From NCBI GenBank assembly GCA_963750165.1, contig CAVVPN010000003.1:1536001-1600000 (forward strand): a stretch of 64,000 bases of DNA, given 5' to 3'. Below are positions 9,893 through 21,771 of the stretch, piece after piece. Both the position numbers and the translations under genes were made by a program. Under the pieces are notes generated by a model. That model saw only the letters and a program-made list of their open reading frames with translations. It made no database searches and was not told where the DNA came from. This DNA is from an uncultured Gemmataceae bacterium. Its GTDB lineage: Bacteria > Planctomycetota > Planctomycetia > Gemmatales > Gemmataceae. Position 1 is the first letter of the stretch; every line of letters starts with the position of its first letter.

Positions 9893-10165
9893 GCGAGAAT
9901 CCTTGTTGAAAATGTTACGCTGGTCCACGGCAACGACCCAGCGCCGTCTGCGGTCAGCGTCGTGCAGGCACACGCAAAACTCGTGTAAATCCGGGCACAC
10001 GACGGCGGCGGTCAAAAGTTCGCGCAGGCGCGTCTCGTTGACGATGCCACGTACTTTTTTCGCGACCCATGACGGAACCACACCGAAGCGTGCCCGCGCC
10101 GCGATCAGGAGACACTCCTGTCCCTGCTTTGCCAAAAGGCGTCTGAGCAAGGGCGAGTCAATCAT
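9893..10165 (-). pseudogene. orphan C-terminal fragment of an Rpn/DUF4351-like protein, in frame with the downstream gene
   Basis: MIDSPLL...ARFGVVP......I.NETRLRELLTAAVVCPDLHEF resembles the tails of planctomycete Rpn-like proteins; no nuclease domain upstream. Confidence 0.4.
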
Positions 10166-10295
10166 GGCAGGTGATCTCCGGTTCCCAGATCGTACTCGGC
10201 CGGCGACGACGGCGGCAAACCTATTTCGGCGATTGCACCCTCCGCACGCTCCTGGTATCGTCACCACCACCGCTCAACTACCCGGAGAACCCGCC

Positions 10296-10958
10296 ATGCG
10301 CCGCCGTCTCTGCCTCATCCTGCTGTCGCTGACCTGCCTCGCCCTGCCGGCCGCCCGCGGCGGCGCCCAGCAGCCCAACCGCTGGGAAAGCACCATCGCC
10401 GCCTTCGAGAAGAGCGACGCCCAGAAACCGCCGCCGCAGAACGCCGTCCTGTTCGTCGGCAGTTCCACCATTCGCATCTGGGACCTGCCGAAATCCTTCC
10501 CCGACGTGCAGACGATCAACCGCGGCTTCGGCGGTTCGCAGATCGCGGATGTCGTTCACTTCGCGCCGCGCATCATCGCCAGGTACAAACCGCGCATCAT
10601 CGTCTTTTTCTCCGGCGACAACGACATCAACGCCAAAAAGACGCCGGAGCAGGTCGCGGCCGACTTCCAGAAGCTGGCGGATTTCGTGCGCAAGGAACTG
10701 CCGCAGACGAAGCTGATCGTGCTGTCGATCAAGCCGAGTCCGAGCCGCTGGAAGCTCTACGACAAGATGAAGCAGGCCAACCAGCTGATCGCGGCCATCG
10801 CCAGGAAGACGCCGAACGTGACCTGGGTGGACGTGGGCTCGAAGTTGCTGGGCGCCGACGGCATGCCGCGGCCGGAGTTCTACGCCAAGGACGGGCTGCA
10901 CCTCAACGCGGAGGGCTACCGCGTCTGGTCCAACGTGGTGCGGCCGTTGTTGAAGTGA
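10296..10958 (+). CDS. SGNH/GDSL hydrolase
   Basis: Signal peptide; LFVGSSTIR.W, NRGFGGS, GDNDI, DGLHLN.EGY. Confidence 0.9.
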   Translation: MRRRLCLILLSLTCLALPAARGGAQQPNRWESTIAAFEKSDAQKPPPQNAVLFVGSSTIRIWDLPKSFPDVQTINRGFGGSQIADVVHFAPRIIARYKPRIIVFFSGDNDINAKKTPEQVAADFQKLADFVRKELPQTKLIVLSIKPSPSRWKLYDKMKQANQLIAAIARKTPNVTWVDVGSKLLGADGMPRPEFYAKDGLHLNAEGYRVWSNVVRPLLK

Positions 10959-11012
10959 GTCCAGGGCGGGCCTGCTCCTGGCCCAGCAACAGGTCCGCCC
11001 CGTCTCTGCCTT

Positions 11013-11046
11013 TTCTCCGCGTTCTCCGCGTTCTCCGCGGTGAAAT
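11013..11046. repeat. (TTCTCCGCG)3 arm of the CACxGAGxxCxCxGAG repeat family
   Basis: ttctccgcg x3 followed by gtgaaat; related to the palindromes at 24699, 30029 and 36979. Confidence 0.6.
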
Positions 11047-11262
11047 CCCGCCCATCCCCCCGGCAAGTTCGCATCGTCCTTTTCGCCGGCCTTGGGTATA
11101 GTGAAGCGACCTGGGGATCCCAACCCCGGGCGACGGCCGTTCGACCCCTCTGGTGGATTTTCCCACCGCCGCGACACCGCCGCCGGGCCGACCGGGTATC
11201 CGCAGGTGAATGGCCAGCGCCGCGCTGGCGGTCGCCCCTGTCCTTTGCGAAGGAGTTGGTGC

Positions 11263-12910
11263 ATGTCCAAGCGCTGGTTCTCATGCCTGCCCGTGCTGGT
11301 CCTGCTGGCGGCCCCTGCGGCCGCGGTCCGGGCCGACCAGCCGAAGCAGGATTCTCCGAGTCTCGTTGTCCGCCTCCGTTCGCTCGACGCCACTGTCGAG
11401 GCCGTCCGCCTCGTGTTCAATCCGCTGCTCAAGCAGGACGTGGCGGGCATGCTGGACGACTTCGTCAAGTCCAAACTCGGCCCCGACGGCCTGAAGGGCA
11501 TTGACGCCAAACGCCCCATCGGCCTGTATGGCAAGGTCACTGCCGACCTGGCCAAGCTGAACGGCGTGCTCCTGCTGCCGGTCAGCGACGAGAAGGACTT
11601 CCTGACCACGCTGGACAACCTCAATTTCAAGGCCGAGAAGGACGCCACCGGCCTGTACACCATCAAGCAAAACGTCCTGCCCACGGACGTGTATTTCCGC
11701 TTCGCCAACCAGTACGCCTACCTGTCCCTCGGCAACGCCGAGGCGGTGGACGCGAACCGCCTCGTCCACCCGCGCGACCTTTTTCTCCGGGAAATGACCG
11801 GGGTGCTGTCGGTCAGCCTGCTCCTGGAGAACGTGCCCGAGGCGGACAGGGACAAGCTCCGGCAGAAGCTGGATCAGAAACTGGCGGACATGCTCGCCAA
11901 ACAGGTCGGCGGCGAGTCCAAGGCCCAGGAAGCGTTCCGCTTCGCCCTGGTCCGCGAGGTGCAGAAGCAGCTGACCGCGGCCATCAAGGACGGCAAGGAA
12001 CTGTCGATCGACCTCGACGTGAACAGGCAGACGGAACAGCTCACGGTGGACCTGAAGCTGACGGCCCGGTCGGACACCGACCTGGCGAAAACCATCGCCG
12101 GCATCAGCGCGGCGAAAAGCCAGTTCGGCGGTCTGCTGCACCGGGACGCCGCCATGAACGTGCTGGTCAACGTCCAGCTGCCCGAGAAGCTGCGTGAGGC
12201 CCTGAACCGCGTCATTGAGGAGGGCGGCAAGAAGGCCATTGAGGAGACCCGCGAAGATGCCAAGAAGGGGCAGGTGACCAGGCTGCTGAAGGCGCTGATG
12301 CCGTCGCTGCAAGGCGGCGAGCTGGACGCGGCGATCAGCCTGCGCGGTCCGAGCATCGAGAAGACCTACACGCTGGTCGCCGGGGTCAAGCTGCGCGAGG
12401 TCGGGGAGCTGACGAAAACGCTCTTCGCGCTGCTCAAGGAACTGCCGGCGACCGAGCAGAAGTTGCTCAAACTGAACGCGGACAAGGAAGGCACCGTGGC
12501 CATCCACCGCCTGGAGATCAACAAGTCCTTCGACCCGGCGACGAAGGCGGCGTTCGGCGACAACCCGCTGTATTTCGCCTTCCGCGAGGATGCGATATTC
12601 GTGGCCCTGGGTGACGACGGCCTGGCGGCGCTCAAGGGGCGCTGCGGCGCCGGCCGTGGCGGGGCCGCCGTTGCAATTCGAGATGTCGCTCGGCCGCATG
12701 GCGCAGGTGTTCGCCAAAACGGCCGCCGACAAGAAGCGGGCGGAAGCGCTGCTGCGCGAGGGCAAGAACGATCGGCTGCGCGTGACGCTGGCGGGCGGCG
12801 AGGCGCTGCGGGTGCGCCTGGAACTGCACCTGTCGGTGCTGCAAACGTTTGCCCAGCTGGGCGCCGCGGCGCCCGCCGAGAAGGGAGAGAAGAAGGGTAA
12901 GGAAAAATAG
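11263..12910 (+). CDS. exported hypothetical protein; +1 frameshift at GGGG 12636-12639
   Basis: AGGAG RBS, signal peptide, GID.KRPIGLY motif; strong codon bias continues in ORF 12590-12910. Confidence 0.75.
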
Positions 12911-13108
12911 GGGCGGGCCGGCGGCGGCCGGTCTTGTGACCTATGTTGGAGTTGGGGCCGGATCGGCCCAGGGACGAGCCGCGTCCCGGGCCTCAGCAAC
13001 CGAAGAGAAGAGGCAATCGGTTGCCTTTGCGACCGTCAGGCGCGACCGCACGTCGGGCCTGACGGTCGGTTTTTTCCCGGACTCGCTCGACGTGTCCGCG
13101 ACGGTTGA

Positions 13109-13201
13109 CTGACCGTCACGGATGGTGGGGCGGGCAATCTCAACTGGGCCGATCTTTACGCCGAAGGCGTAAAAACCCGCCCCACCATCCGTGACGGTCA
13201 G
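13109..13201. repeat. 26-bp perfect inverted repeat with internal hairpin
   Basis: ctgaccgtcacggatggtggggcggg (13109-13134) / cccgccccaccatccgtgacggtcag (13176-13201); inner tttacgcc-gaa-ggcgtaaa. Confidence 0.75.
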
Positions 13202-13320
13202 GGTTTATAGCTGCACATGCTGGCGTTCCGACAGTTCTGGTTTTGCGGCCAGGAGGGCACCAAGTGCCGCGAGCCCTTGTTTGCACGCCGACGGGTCAAA
13301 CGCGATCGTGGCGAACTCTT

Positions 13321-13626
13321 TCATGTGGTGGAACCTTCGGGAACGCCATGAAAGCGGCGCAGCGCCTCTTCCGTGAAGATGGACAGCACCGTCACCTGGT
13401 CGTCGGCTACCTTGAAGACCACGATGTAATCGGTCCCCGGGCGGAGAGCATAGACCCCTTCGTCGGCCTCCAGGAGTATGGAGTGGGAGCGGACATAGTC
13501 GTCGTCCCGCCAGTGCCGCAGGCGCTCGAACCGCTCATCAATGAGACGCCGGTCTTGCTCACTCAGCGTGTCGTAGGCGATCTCCGCCTGTCCTGCCAGT
13601 TGCAACTTCATTAACGCTTCAGCCAT
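13321..13626 (-). CDS. RelE/ParE-fold-like protein
   Basis: KLQL..QA...YDTL...DRRLI...FERL....GVYALR.GTDYIVVFKV.DD.VTVLSI; GGTGGAG RBS. Confidence 0.55.
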   Translation of the reverse strand: MAEALMKLQLAGQAEIAYDTLSEQDRRLIDERFERLRHWRDDDYVRSHSILLEADEGVYALRPGTDYIVVFKVADDQVTVLSIFTEEALRRFHGVPEGSTT

Positions 13627-13639
13627 AATCTCCACCTGG

Positions 13640-14182
13640 TTATCTCAGCCCCGGCCGACGCCGCCGACACAGCGGCGGGTCAAACACTTCGCGCAGCACA
13701 ATCGCCGTACGCACCAGTTTCGGGTTGCGGAGCAACTTGGTCAAGCTCACCCCACCGCCCAGGGCCGCCGCCACCACGGGAGCCGGCACCCCGGCAACCG
13801 GCAGAACCGGTATCGACGCCAGCGGTTGGGGGACCACCGGCACCGGCAGCACGACCGGGAGCGGAGGCGGCGGCGCCTCACGCAGCACGGTCGGAAGGGG
13901 TGAGGCCGAAGGCGGCGGAGCCGGGGGCAGCGGCGGCAGCACCCGCGGTTCCAGCAGGGGCGGCGGCTTGACGGCCTCCTGGGCCTGCTGCTGGCGGCGA
14001 CGGTTCAACTCTTCCAGAAAGCGCTCCACCTCGGCGCTGGAACGCGGCGTCCGCGGCGGCCCCACGCGCAGCGGCGGCTGGGGCGGCGGCGGCGGTCGGC
14101 GGGCGTCCTGCGGCGCTCGCGCCAGGCCGCTCAGGATCACCACGATCACGATCACCATCGGGATCACCCACATCCACTCCAT
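13640..14182 (-). CDS. Pro-rich membrane-anchored protein (YqfB-like position)
   Basis: N-terminal TM segment, EVERFLEEL, C-terminal LRNPK.VRTAIVLREVFDPP; follows floA; GAGGAGG RBS. Confidence 0.7.
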   Translation of the reverse strand: MEWMWVIPMVIVIVVILSGLARAPQDARRPPPPPQPPLRVGPPRTPRSSAEVERFLEELNRRRQQQAQEAVKPPPLLEPRVLPPLPPAPPPSASPLPTVLREAPPPPLPVVLPVPVVPQPLASIPVLPVAGVPAPVVAAALGGGVSLTKLLRNPKLVRTAIVLREVFDPPLCRRRRPGLR

Positions 14183-14200
14183 GCTCGGCCTCCTCGCGGG

Positions 14201-15259
14201 TCAGGGGTTGGAGTTGCGGTTGTCGGGGCGGTCGCGCGGGCCGCCGCCGGCGATGGAGTTGCGCATGTCGGTGTCCGATTGCAGATTACGCAGGTTGTAA
14301 TAGTCCATGACGCCGAGCCGGCCGTCCTTGAACGCATGGGCGATGGCCAGCGGCACCTCGGCCTCGGCCAGCACCACCTTGGCGCGGTTCTCCTCCACCA
14401 GCGCCTTCATCTCCTGCTCCTGGGCCACGGCCAGGGCGCGGCGCTTCTCCGCCTGGGCCTGGGCCACCTGCAAATCCGCCTTGGCCTGGTTCGCCTGCAA
14501 CTCAGCGCCGATGTTGGCGCCCACGTCGATCTCGGCCACGTCGATCGAGACGATCTCGAACGCCGTCTGCGAGTCGAGTGAGTTCTTCAGCACCGCCTGC
14601 GAAATCTGGTTCGGGTTGGCCAGCACATCGGTGTGGTGCTCGGCGCTGCCGATGGCCTTGACGATGCCCTCGCCGACGCGGGCAATGATGGTCTCCTCGG
14701 TGGCGCCGCCGACCAGGCGGTCGAGCTTGGTTCGCACTGTCACGCGAGCGCGGGCACGCAACTGGATGCCGTTCTTGCACACACCGTCCAGTGTCGATTT
14801 GCCGCGCGTCGGGTCCGGGCAGTCGATCACCTTGGGGTTGACGCTGGTTTTCACCGCGTCGAGCACATCGCGGCCGGCGAGGTCGATCGCCGCCGCGGTG
14901 CGCCACGGCAGGTCCATGCCGGCCTTGTGCGCCGCGATCACTGCAGTCGAGACCTTCGGCACGTTGCCGCGCGACAGGTAGTGCGCTTCCATGTCCTGCG
15001 TCGAAACCTTGACGCCGGCCTGAATCAGCGCGATCTTCTGGCGCACGATCATCGCGTAATCGACGTTTCGCAGCTTCATGCCCAGCAGGTCCAGAATGCT
15101 GATCTTGGCACCCGTCAGCAGACACTGGATCCACAGGCGCACGAAACTGAAGAAGACAATCAGGAAAAAGATGCCCACCAGCAGTAGCACGCCGGCAAGG
15201 ATCAACAGACCGTAATTGTTCCAGAGCTCATTCTGGGCCTGGGCTAACAGCGGACTCAT
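14201..15259 (-). CDS. floA: flotillin-like protein FloA (YqfA)
   Basis: [73 protein letters not shown]. Confidence 0.92.
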   Translation of the reverse strand: MSPLLAQAQNELWNNYGLLILAGVLLLVGIFFLIVFFSFVRLWIQCLLTGAKISILDLLGMKLRNVDYAMIVRQKIALIQAGVKVSTQDMEAHYLSRGNVPKVSTAVIAAHKAGMDLPWRTAAAIDLAGRDVLDAVKTSVNPKVIDCPDPTRGKSTLDGVCKNGIQLRARARVTVRTKLDRLVGGATEETIIARVGEGIVKAIGSAEHHTDVLANPNQISQAVLKNSLDSQTAFEIVSIDVAEIDVGANIGAELQANQAKADLQVAQAQAEKRRALAVAQEQEMKALVEENRAKVVLAEAEVPLAIAHAFKDGRLGVMDYYNLRNLQSDTDMRNSIAGGGPRDRPDNRNSNP

Positions 15260-15293
15260 CTGGGTTCTCCCCTCAGGGTTGGTGTATCGCATT

Positions 15294-15325
15294 TCTCCCC
15301 TCGCCCCCTTCAGGGGGCGAGGGGA
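15294..15325. repeat. CTCCCCTCGCCCCC palindrome
   Basis: ctcccctcgccccc-ttca-gggggcgaggggag; related to the copy at the 3' end of trpA. Confidence 0.7.
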
Positions 15326-15334
15326 GCAGGACAT

Positions 15335-15871
15335 TTACGTGAACCGCATCGTCTCCAGGTTGTTCAGGTCGGGCGGCCGGTCCACCGGGCGGACGACGAC
15401 ACGGCCGGCCCGCACGTCGATACAGACCACCCATCGGCCCGGCTCGATCAACTCGCCCTCGCTGACGGTGTCGATGCGGCGGCCGTCGAACTCCGTGGTG
15501 CCGCTTGGCCGCAGCGCCGAGACAGTGCGGCCGTAGCGGCCGCGCAGGTTCTCCAGTTCCAGGTTGACCGGCATGTTCGCCAACGTGTCGTCCTCCGGCG
15601 GGTTGGCCAGGAACAGCCGCCGACCCAGGGGCGTCTGCGGCCAGACGCGGAGCACCAGGGTTGAGAAGAGCGGGATCGCCACGAACACCGCCACGAGCGT
15701 CACCAGCCCGGTTTCGTGGCTGCCGCTGGTGAACGTCATAACCAGGCCGACGATCAGCGCACCGATGCCCAGCACGAACAGCACGCCGGTCGTCGGAATG
15801 AACAGCTCGGCCAGCATGAGCAGCAGGCCCAGGCCGATCAGCACGAACGCGATCAGCAGCGGGGTGTCCAT
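15335..15871 (-). CDS. short NfeD family protein
   Basis: AELFIPT.GVL TM region plus OB-fold G...SALRPSG..EFDGRRID.VSEG. Confidence 0.85.
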   Translation of the reverse strand: MDTPLLIAFVLIGLGLLLMLAELFIPTTGVLFVLGIGALIVGLVMTFTSGSHETGLVTLVAVFVAIPLFSTLVLRVWPQTPLGRRLFLANPPEDDTLANMPVNLELENLRGRYGRTVSALRPSGTTEFDGRRIDTVSEGELIEPGRWVVCIDVRAGRVVVRPVDRPPDLNNLETMRFT

Positions 15872-17934
15872 TTACACCTCTTTCACGACAATCCGATTGC
15901 CCTCGATCTCGATCACCTGAACACGACTGCCGGGGTTGACATAATCGCCCTCGGCGATCACGTCGAGGTAGTCGTCGCCAAAGCGGGCCTTGCCGGCCGG
16001 CCGCAGCGTCGTCGCCGCCACGCCGATGGCGCCCAGTAAAGCCGCGGCGGCGCTGTGGGCCGCGTCCGCCCGCGCCGCCTCTTCCGCGTCGCTCGGTGGT
16101 GCCAGCACCAGCCGGCTGACGTACGGGATGTTCGGCAGGAACCACGCAATAATCATCGCACCGATGAACGCCCCCACCAGGCTGCCGCTGAACCACATCA
16201 TCTTCGTGCCCAGGTCGTACCAGTCGCTGCCGGTCGCCGGGAACTTTTCGAGCGTCACCAGCGCCAGGCTGGCCAGGATGAGCAGGACGCCGCTGATACC
16301 CGGCACACCGGAGCCCGGCAGCACGAAGATTTCCAGCACCAGCATCGCCAGGCCCAAAATGAACAGCAGGATCGCCAGCATCGTGAACTGGCCGACGAAC
16401 GAGTACGCCCAGAAGAACAGCACGAAGCAGATCGCGGCGATGACGCCCGGGATGGTGATGCCCGGCGCCTTGAACTCCAGGATCAGGCCGGCGATGCCGA
16501 CCATGACCAGCAGGGCCATCACCCACGGCTGGCGGATAAACTCCGCAACGGCGCTCATCCAGTCGCCCTTGAGCGTCGTCACCTGCTCCGGCTTGATGTC
16601 ATAGCGACCGTACAGCTCGTTGAGCGCCTCCACGTTGTCGTAGCGCACGACGCCAGCCTCGCGGGCGGCCCTGGCGGTCAGCGGCTCGAACTTCTCCGGC
16701 CCCAGCACGTCCGCGAACGCCTCCGCCTTGAAACCGGCCCCCTCCGCGAACCGGGTCAGCGCCAGCCGCTTGACCTTGAGCGCGTCCTCCTTCTCGTTCT
16801 TCAGGTACGCGAAGTCGGCCAGCACCGCCTTGCTGGACATGACGATTTCGGAGCAGCCCAAAGCCAGGTACGTCGCCGCGCCCAGCCGGCGCTCCGGCGG
16901 CACATAGGCGATGGTCCGCACCGGGGCGCCCGTCCGGTCCTTCAGTTCGCGCAGCTTGACGGCGGCGTGGAACGCCTTGGTGGTGTCGCCGCCGTGCGAG
17001 TCCAGGTAGAGGACGATGACGTTGGCACCACGGCCAACGGCGTCATGCAAGCTGCGGTCCAGCCAGCCCAGGCGCTCGTCGTCCACGGTGCCGACGAACT
17101 CGATACAGAACGGCACCATGCTACGGTCCAGCAACAGCACCTCGCGGCCCAGGTACGGCAGCAGGTTCTTGCGCCGACCAGGCTGTCCAGCGTCTCGCAG
17201 GAGTCGCCGGTCAGGTCGTAGCGGCGGGCCTGCTCCCAGGTCAGTAGCGGACTGGGCGGGTCCGCCTCCGGGTCGCCGAGGGCGGTGAACGGCTTCTTGC
17301 CCTCGGCGGCGGCCTGTTTCACCCGGCCCAGGCTGACGTACTGCTTGCCGCCATTGTCGGTCTTGACCGGCACCAGCACCGTGTTGCCGTCGCGCAGCTT
17401 GAGCACGGCGTCCGGCGATGGCTTGAGGTCGGCGAGCTTCTGGAACGACACGTCCGCCTCCGCCGGCACCATCTTGCCGCCGCCGAGGTTGCCCAGCTTC
17501 GCTCCCTTGGCCATGACGATCTCGTCACACGCCAGCACCGGCAGGATGCTGTAACCGCTGACCTCGTTGCGCAGGTAGGCGATGGTCTTGATCTGTCGCT
17601 TACCCACCAGCTCCGGGTCGTGCATTTTCTGGACGGTGTTCTTCAACGAGATGCACGGCCCGGGCGCGCTGGTCGTGCTGGGCTGGCCGTTGGGGTTGAA
17701 GTCGAAAATGACGACCTCGATCTTGCGGCCCTCGCGCTCGATGGCGTGGCGGACCGCCCGCTCCAGCTGGGCGTAGGTTTCGCCGCCGATGACATTGGGC
17801 ACGGGCAGCACCAGGCCGTCCTGTTTGCCGCCCTGGGCGCGCACCGCGCTGGGGACCGCCAGGGCCAGCAGCAGCGCGGCGAATCCCAGCCACGGGAGGC
17901 CGGGAGAGTGAGCGCGAAGGAAGACTGCGGCCAT
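15872..17934 (-). CDS. long NfeD family protein with ClpP/crotonase-like domains; frameshift near 17172
   Basis: Signal peptide; two crotonase-like units (LACDEIVMAKGAKLG; LGCSEIVMSSKAVL), EFKAPG..IPG, LEIFVLPG.GVPG, TLRPAGKA. Confidence 0.8.
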
Positions 17935-18269
17935 GAGAAACCCTCACCGACAGGGGTAGCGTCACCGGTCTCCCGGACGGCTCCGGCAGCGGACGGCGAC
18001 GTTGGCATCAGGAACGTCCGTGGTGGCTCGGAGGTACGTCCTTTTTTGAGCCGGTATGAGAGTGCGCGAGAAACTCAACCAAATTATAAAGGGGGTAGGG
18101 GGGGAAAGCAAAGTTTCACCCCGCGCCACTCTGCCGGCACCTCCCCTATGTGATTCGCCTTTGGGGCTCGCGGATTGTCGAAAAGCGTCGCGCCGCGGCC
18201 GCGCTTGACAGCGCCCGGCGGAATCCCCACAAAGAAGGGAGGATCGCCGCACCGCACCCGGGAGCTTGC

Positions 18270-19468
<1,199 letters not shown>

Positions 19469-19472
<4 letters not shown>

Positions 19473-20317
19473 ACGCCGTCGATGCCCTCTTCCGCCGCCT
19501 GCGCGCGACCGGGCGCAAGGCGTTCATCCCGTTCGTGACCGCCGGCGACCCGGACCTGGCGACAACGGCGGCGCTGCTGTGCGAACTCGCGGCCCGCGGC
19601 GCCAGCCTGATCGAAGTCGGCTTCCCCTACAGCGACCCCATCGCCGACGGCGCCGTCATTCAGGCGTCGTACACGCGCGCCCTGGAGCGCGGCCTGAAAC
19701 TGCGCGACGTGTTCGGCTGCCTGCGGTCGTTTGCCGCTGCCCCCGTCCCCCTGGTCGGCATGGTGTCGTACTCACTGGTACACCACCGCGGCCTCGAATC
19801 GTTCCTCGACGACGCCCAGGCCGCCGGCCTCAGTGGCGTCATCGTGCCGGACCTGCCCGTGGAGGAGGCGGACGACCTGATCGCGCGGACGGCTGCGCGC
19901 GACTTCAAGCTCATCCAGTTGGTGACCCCGACGACGCCGCGCGACCGCGCCCGCCGCATCGCCCAGACCTCGACCGGCTTCCTGTACTGTGTCAGCGTCA
20001 CCGGCATCACCGGCGAGCGCGACCAACTGCCGGACGAACTGCTCGACCAGTTGCGCTGGCTGCGCGGCGAGACGGAGTTGCCGCTGTGCGTCGGCTTCGG
20101 CGTCAGCCGGCCGGAGCACGTGCGCATGCTGCGCGACGCGGTGGACGGCGTTATTGTCGGCAGCGCCCTGGTGCGGCGGCTGGAGCAGATCGGCAGCCGG
20201 CCGGCCGCGGACGTGGTGCGCGAGATGGGCGACCTGTGCCAGTCTCTGAATGAGGCGCTGAACGATCCTTCTTGCTCCCCTCGCCCCCCCCTTCAGGGGG
20301 AGAGGGGTCGGGGGTGA
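19469..20317 (+). CDS. trpA: tryptophan synthase alpha chain
   Basis: [56 protein letters not shown] overlap with trpB. Confidence 0.96.
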
Positions 20318-20467
20318 GGAGGCCCTTTCCCGGCGGCGCCCCCCCAAAAAATAAGCTACTGTAGAAACAAGGTTCGAGGAGGAAGCGGGCCGGAGGGGGA
20401 TGCTGCGCCCTTTGGGGAACCCACGCCGCGCCCGGCGTGAATCGATGCTGAATGGATTGAGAGGCTC

Positions 20468-21652
20468 ATGCCTATCGTCTCCAGCGGCGGCCTGATGGAC
20501 GCGCTGCGGCGCTACGAGGTGCTGCCCCGGGATCAGCTGGCCCAGTTGCCACACCTGATTAACGGGCGGTGCAGCGACGTGCGCCCGTTGGCCCGCTACT
20601 TCGTGCAGAAGGGCTGGCTGACGGTCTATCAAGTGAATCAGTTGCTGGCCGGCCACGGCGCCGACCTGGTGCTGGGGCCGTACCTCATCCTCGACCGCCT
20701 CGGCCAGGGCGGCCAGAGCCTGGTGTTCAAGGCCCGCCACCGCGAACACGACTGGATCGTCGCGCTCAAGGTCATCCGCTCCGAGCTGGCATCCAGTCCC
20801 GAGGCGGGCGAACAGTTCCTCCAGGAAATGGAGGCCATGGCCCGGCTCGACCATCCGAACATCGTCCAGTTCTGCGACGCCGACATCGCCGCTGGCACCT
20901 TTTACTGCGCGATGCAGTTCATTGAGGGCAGCGACCTGGCCAAGGTGGTGAGCCTGTCCGGCGTGATGTCGCCGCCGCGCGCCGCGGAGTGCGTCCGCCA
21001 GACTGCGCTGGGGTTGCAGCACGCCTTCGAGAATAACCTCATCCACCGCGACATCAAGCCGCACAACCTGTTCCTGACCACGCCGACCAGCACGAGCCCC
21101 GGCCAGGTCATCATCCTCGACTGGGGCCTGGCGTGCCTGCGACCGCCGGGCGGCGGCCACGAAACGCACAACCCGATCAAGGCCGTCATCGGCACCGCGG
21201 ACTACCTCTCGCCCGAGCAGGCCCGCAACGCCAATCGTGTGGACATCCGCGGCGACATTTACAGCCTGGGCTGCACGCTGTACTTCCTGCTAACGGGGCA
21301 GCCGCCGTTCCCCGGCGGTACGCTGCTGCAAAAACTGTTGCAGCACCAGAACGCGGAGCCGCCACCGGTGGAGTCGATCCGCGCGGACGTGCCGGCGGGC
21401 CTGGTCGCGGGGCTGAAGCGCATGATGGCCAAGAAGGCGGAGGAGCGCTTCCAGACGCCGGCGTCGGTGGCGCTGGCGCTGCGGCCGTTCTGCCAGCCGG
21501 AGCTGCAGGGCGACGGCAAGTCTGGCCTGCTGGTGCGCCCGAAACTGCCGCCGCGGCCCGCGCCGCGCGCCGCCGACACGCCGATGCCGCTCGGCCTCGG
21601 CGGTTCACCCATCCCTCCCGCCGCCCGTGCCGGCCACGTCACGCCGCAATAG
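20468..21652 (+). CDS. Hanks-type Ser/Thr protein kinase
   Basis: LGQGG, VALKVI, HPNIV, HRDIKPHN, DWGLA, GTADYLSPEQ, DIYSLGCTLY; planctomycete-type N-terminal LTVYQ region. Confidence 0.92.
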   Translation: MPIVSSGGLMDALRRYEVLPRDQLAQLPHLINGRCSDVRPLARYFVQKGWLTVYQVNQLLAGHGADLVLGPYLILDRLGQGGQSLVFKARHREHDWIVALKVIRSELASSPEAGEQFLQEMEAMARLDHPNIVQFCDADIAAGTFYCAMQFIEGSDLAKVVSLSGVMSPPRAAECVRQTALGLQHAFENNLIHRDIKPHNLFLTTPTSTSPGQVIILDWGLACLRPPGGGHETHNPIKAVIGTADYLSPEQARNANRVDIRGDIYSLGCTLYFLLTGQPPFPGGTLLQKLLQHQNAEPPPVESIRADVPAGLVAGLKRMMAKKAEERFQTPASVALALRPFCQPELQGDGKSGLLVRPKLPPRPAPRAADTPMPLGLGGSPIPPAARAGHVTPQ

Positions 21653-21683
21653 AACAGCTGCCGACGTTCCCGACAAACCTTCT

Positions 21684-21753
21684 CGGCGAGCGGCGCGGCG
21701 TCAGCCCGCCGGTAACTTGAAGTACCGGCGGGCTGACGCCGCGCCGCTCGCCG
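21684..21753. repeat. 31-bp-arm REP palindrome
   Basis: cggcgagcggcgcggcgtcagcccgccggta / taccggcgggctgacgccgcgccgctcgccg. Confidence 0.85.
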
Positions 21754-21771
21754 CACCACGGGGAAACCGCC

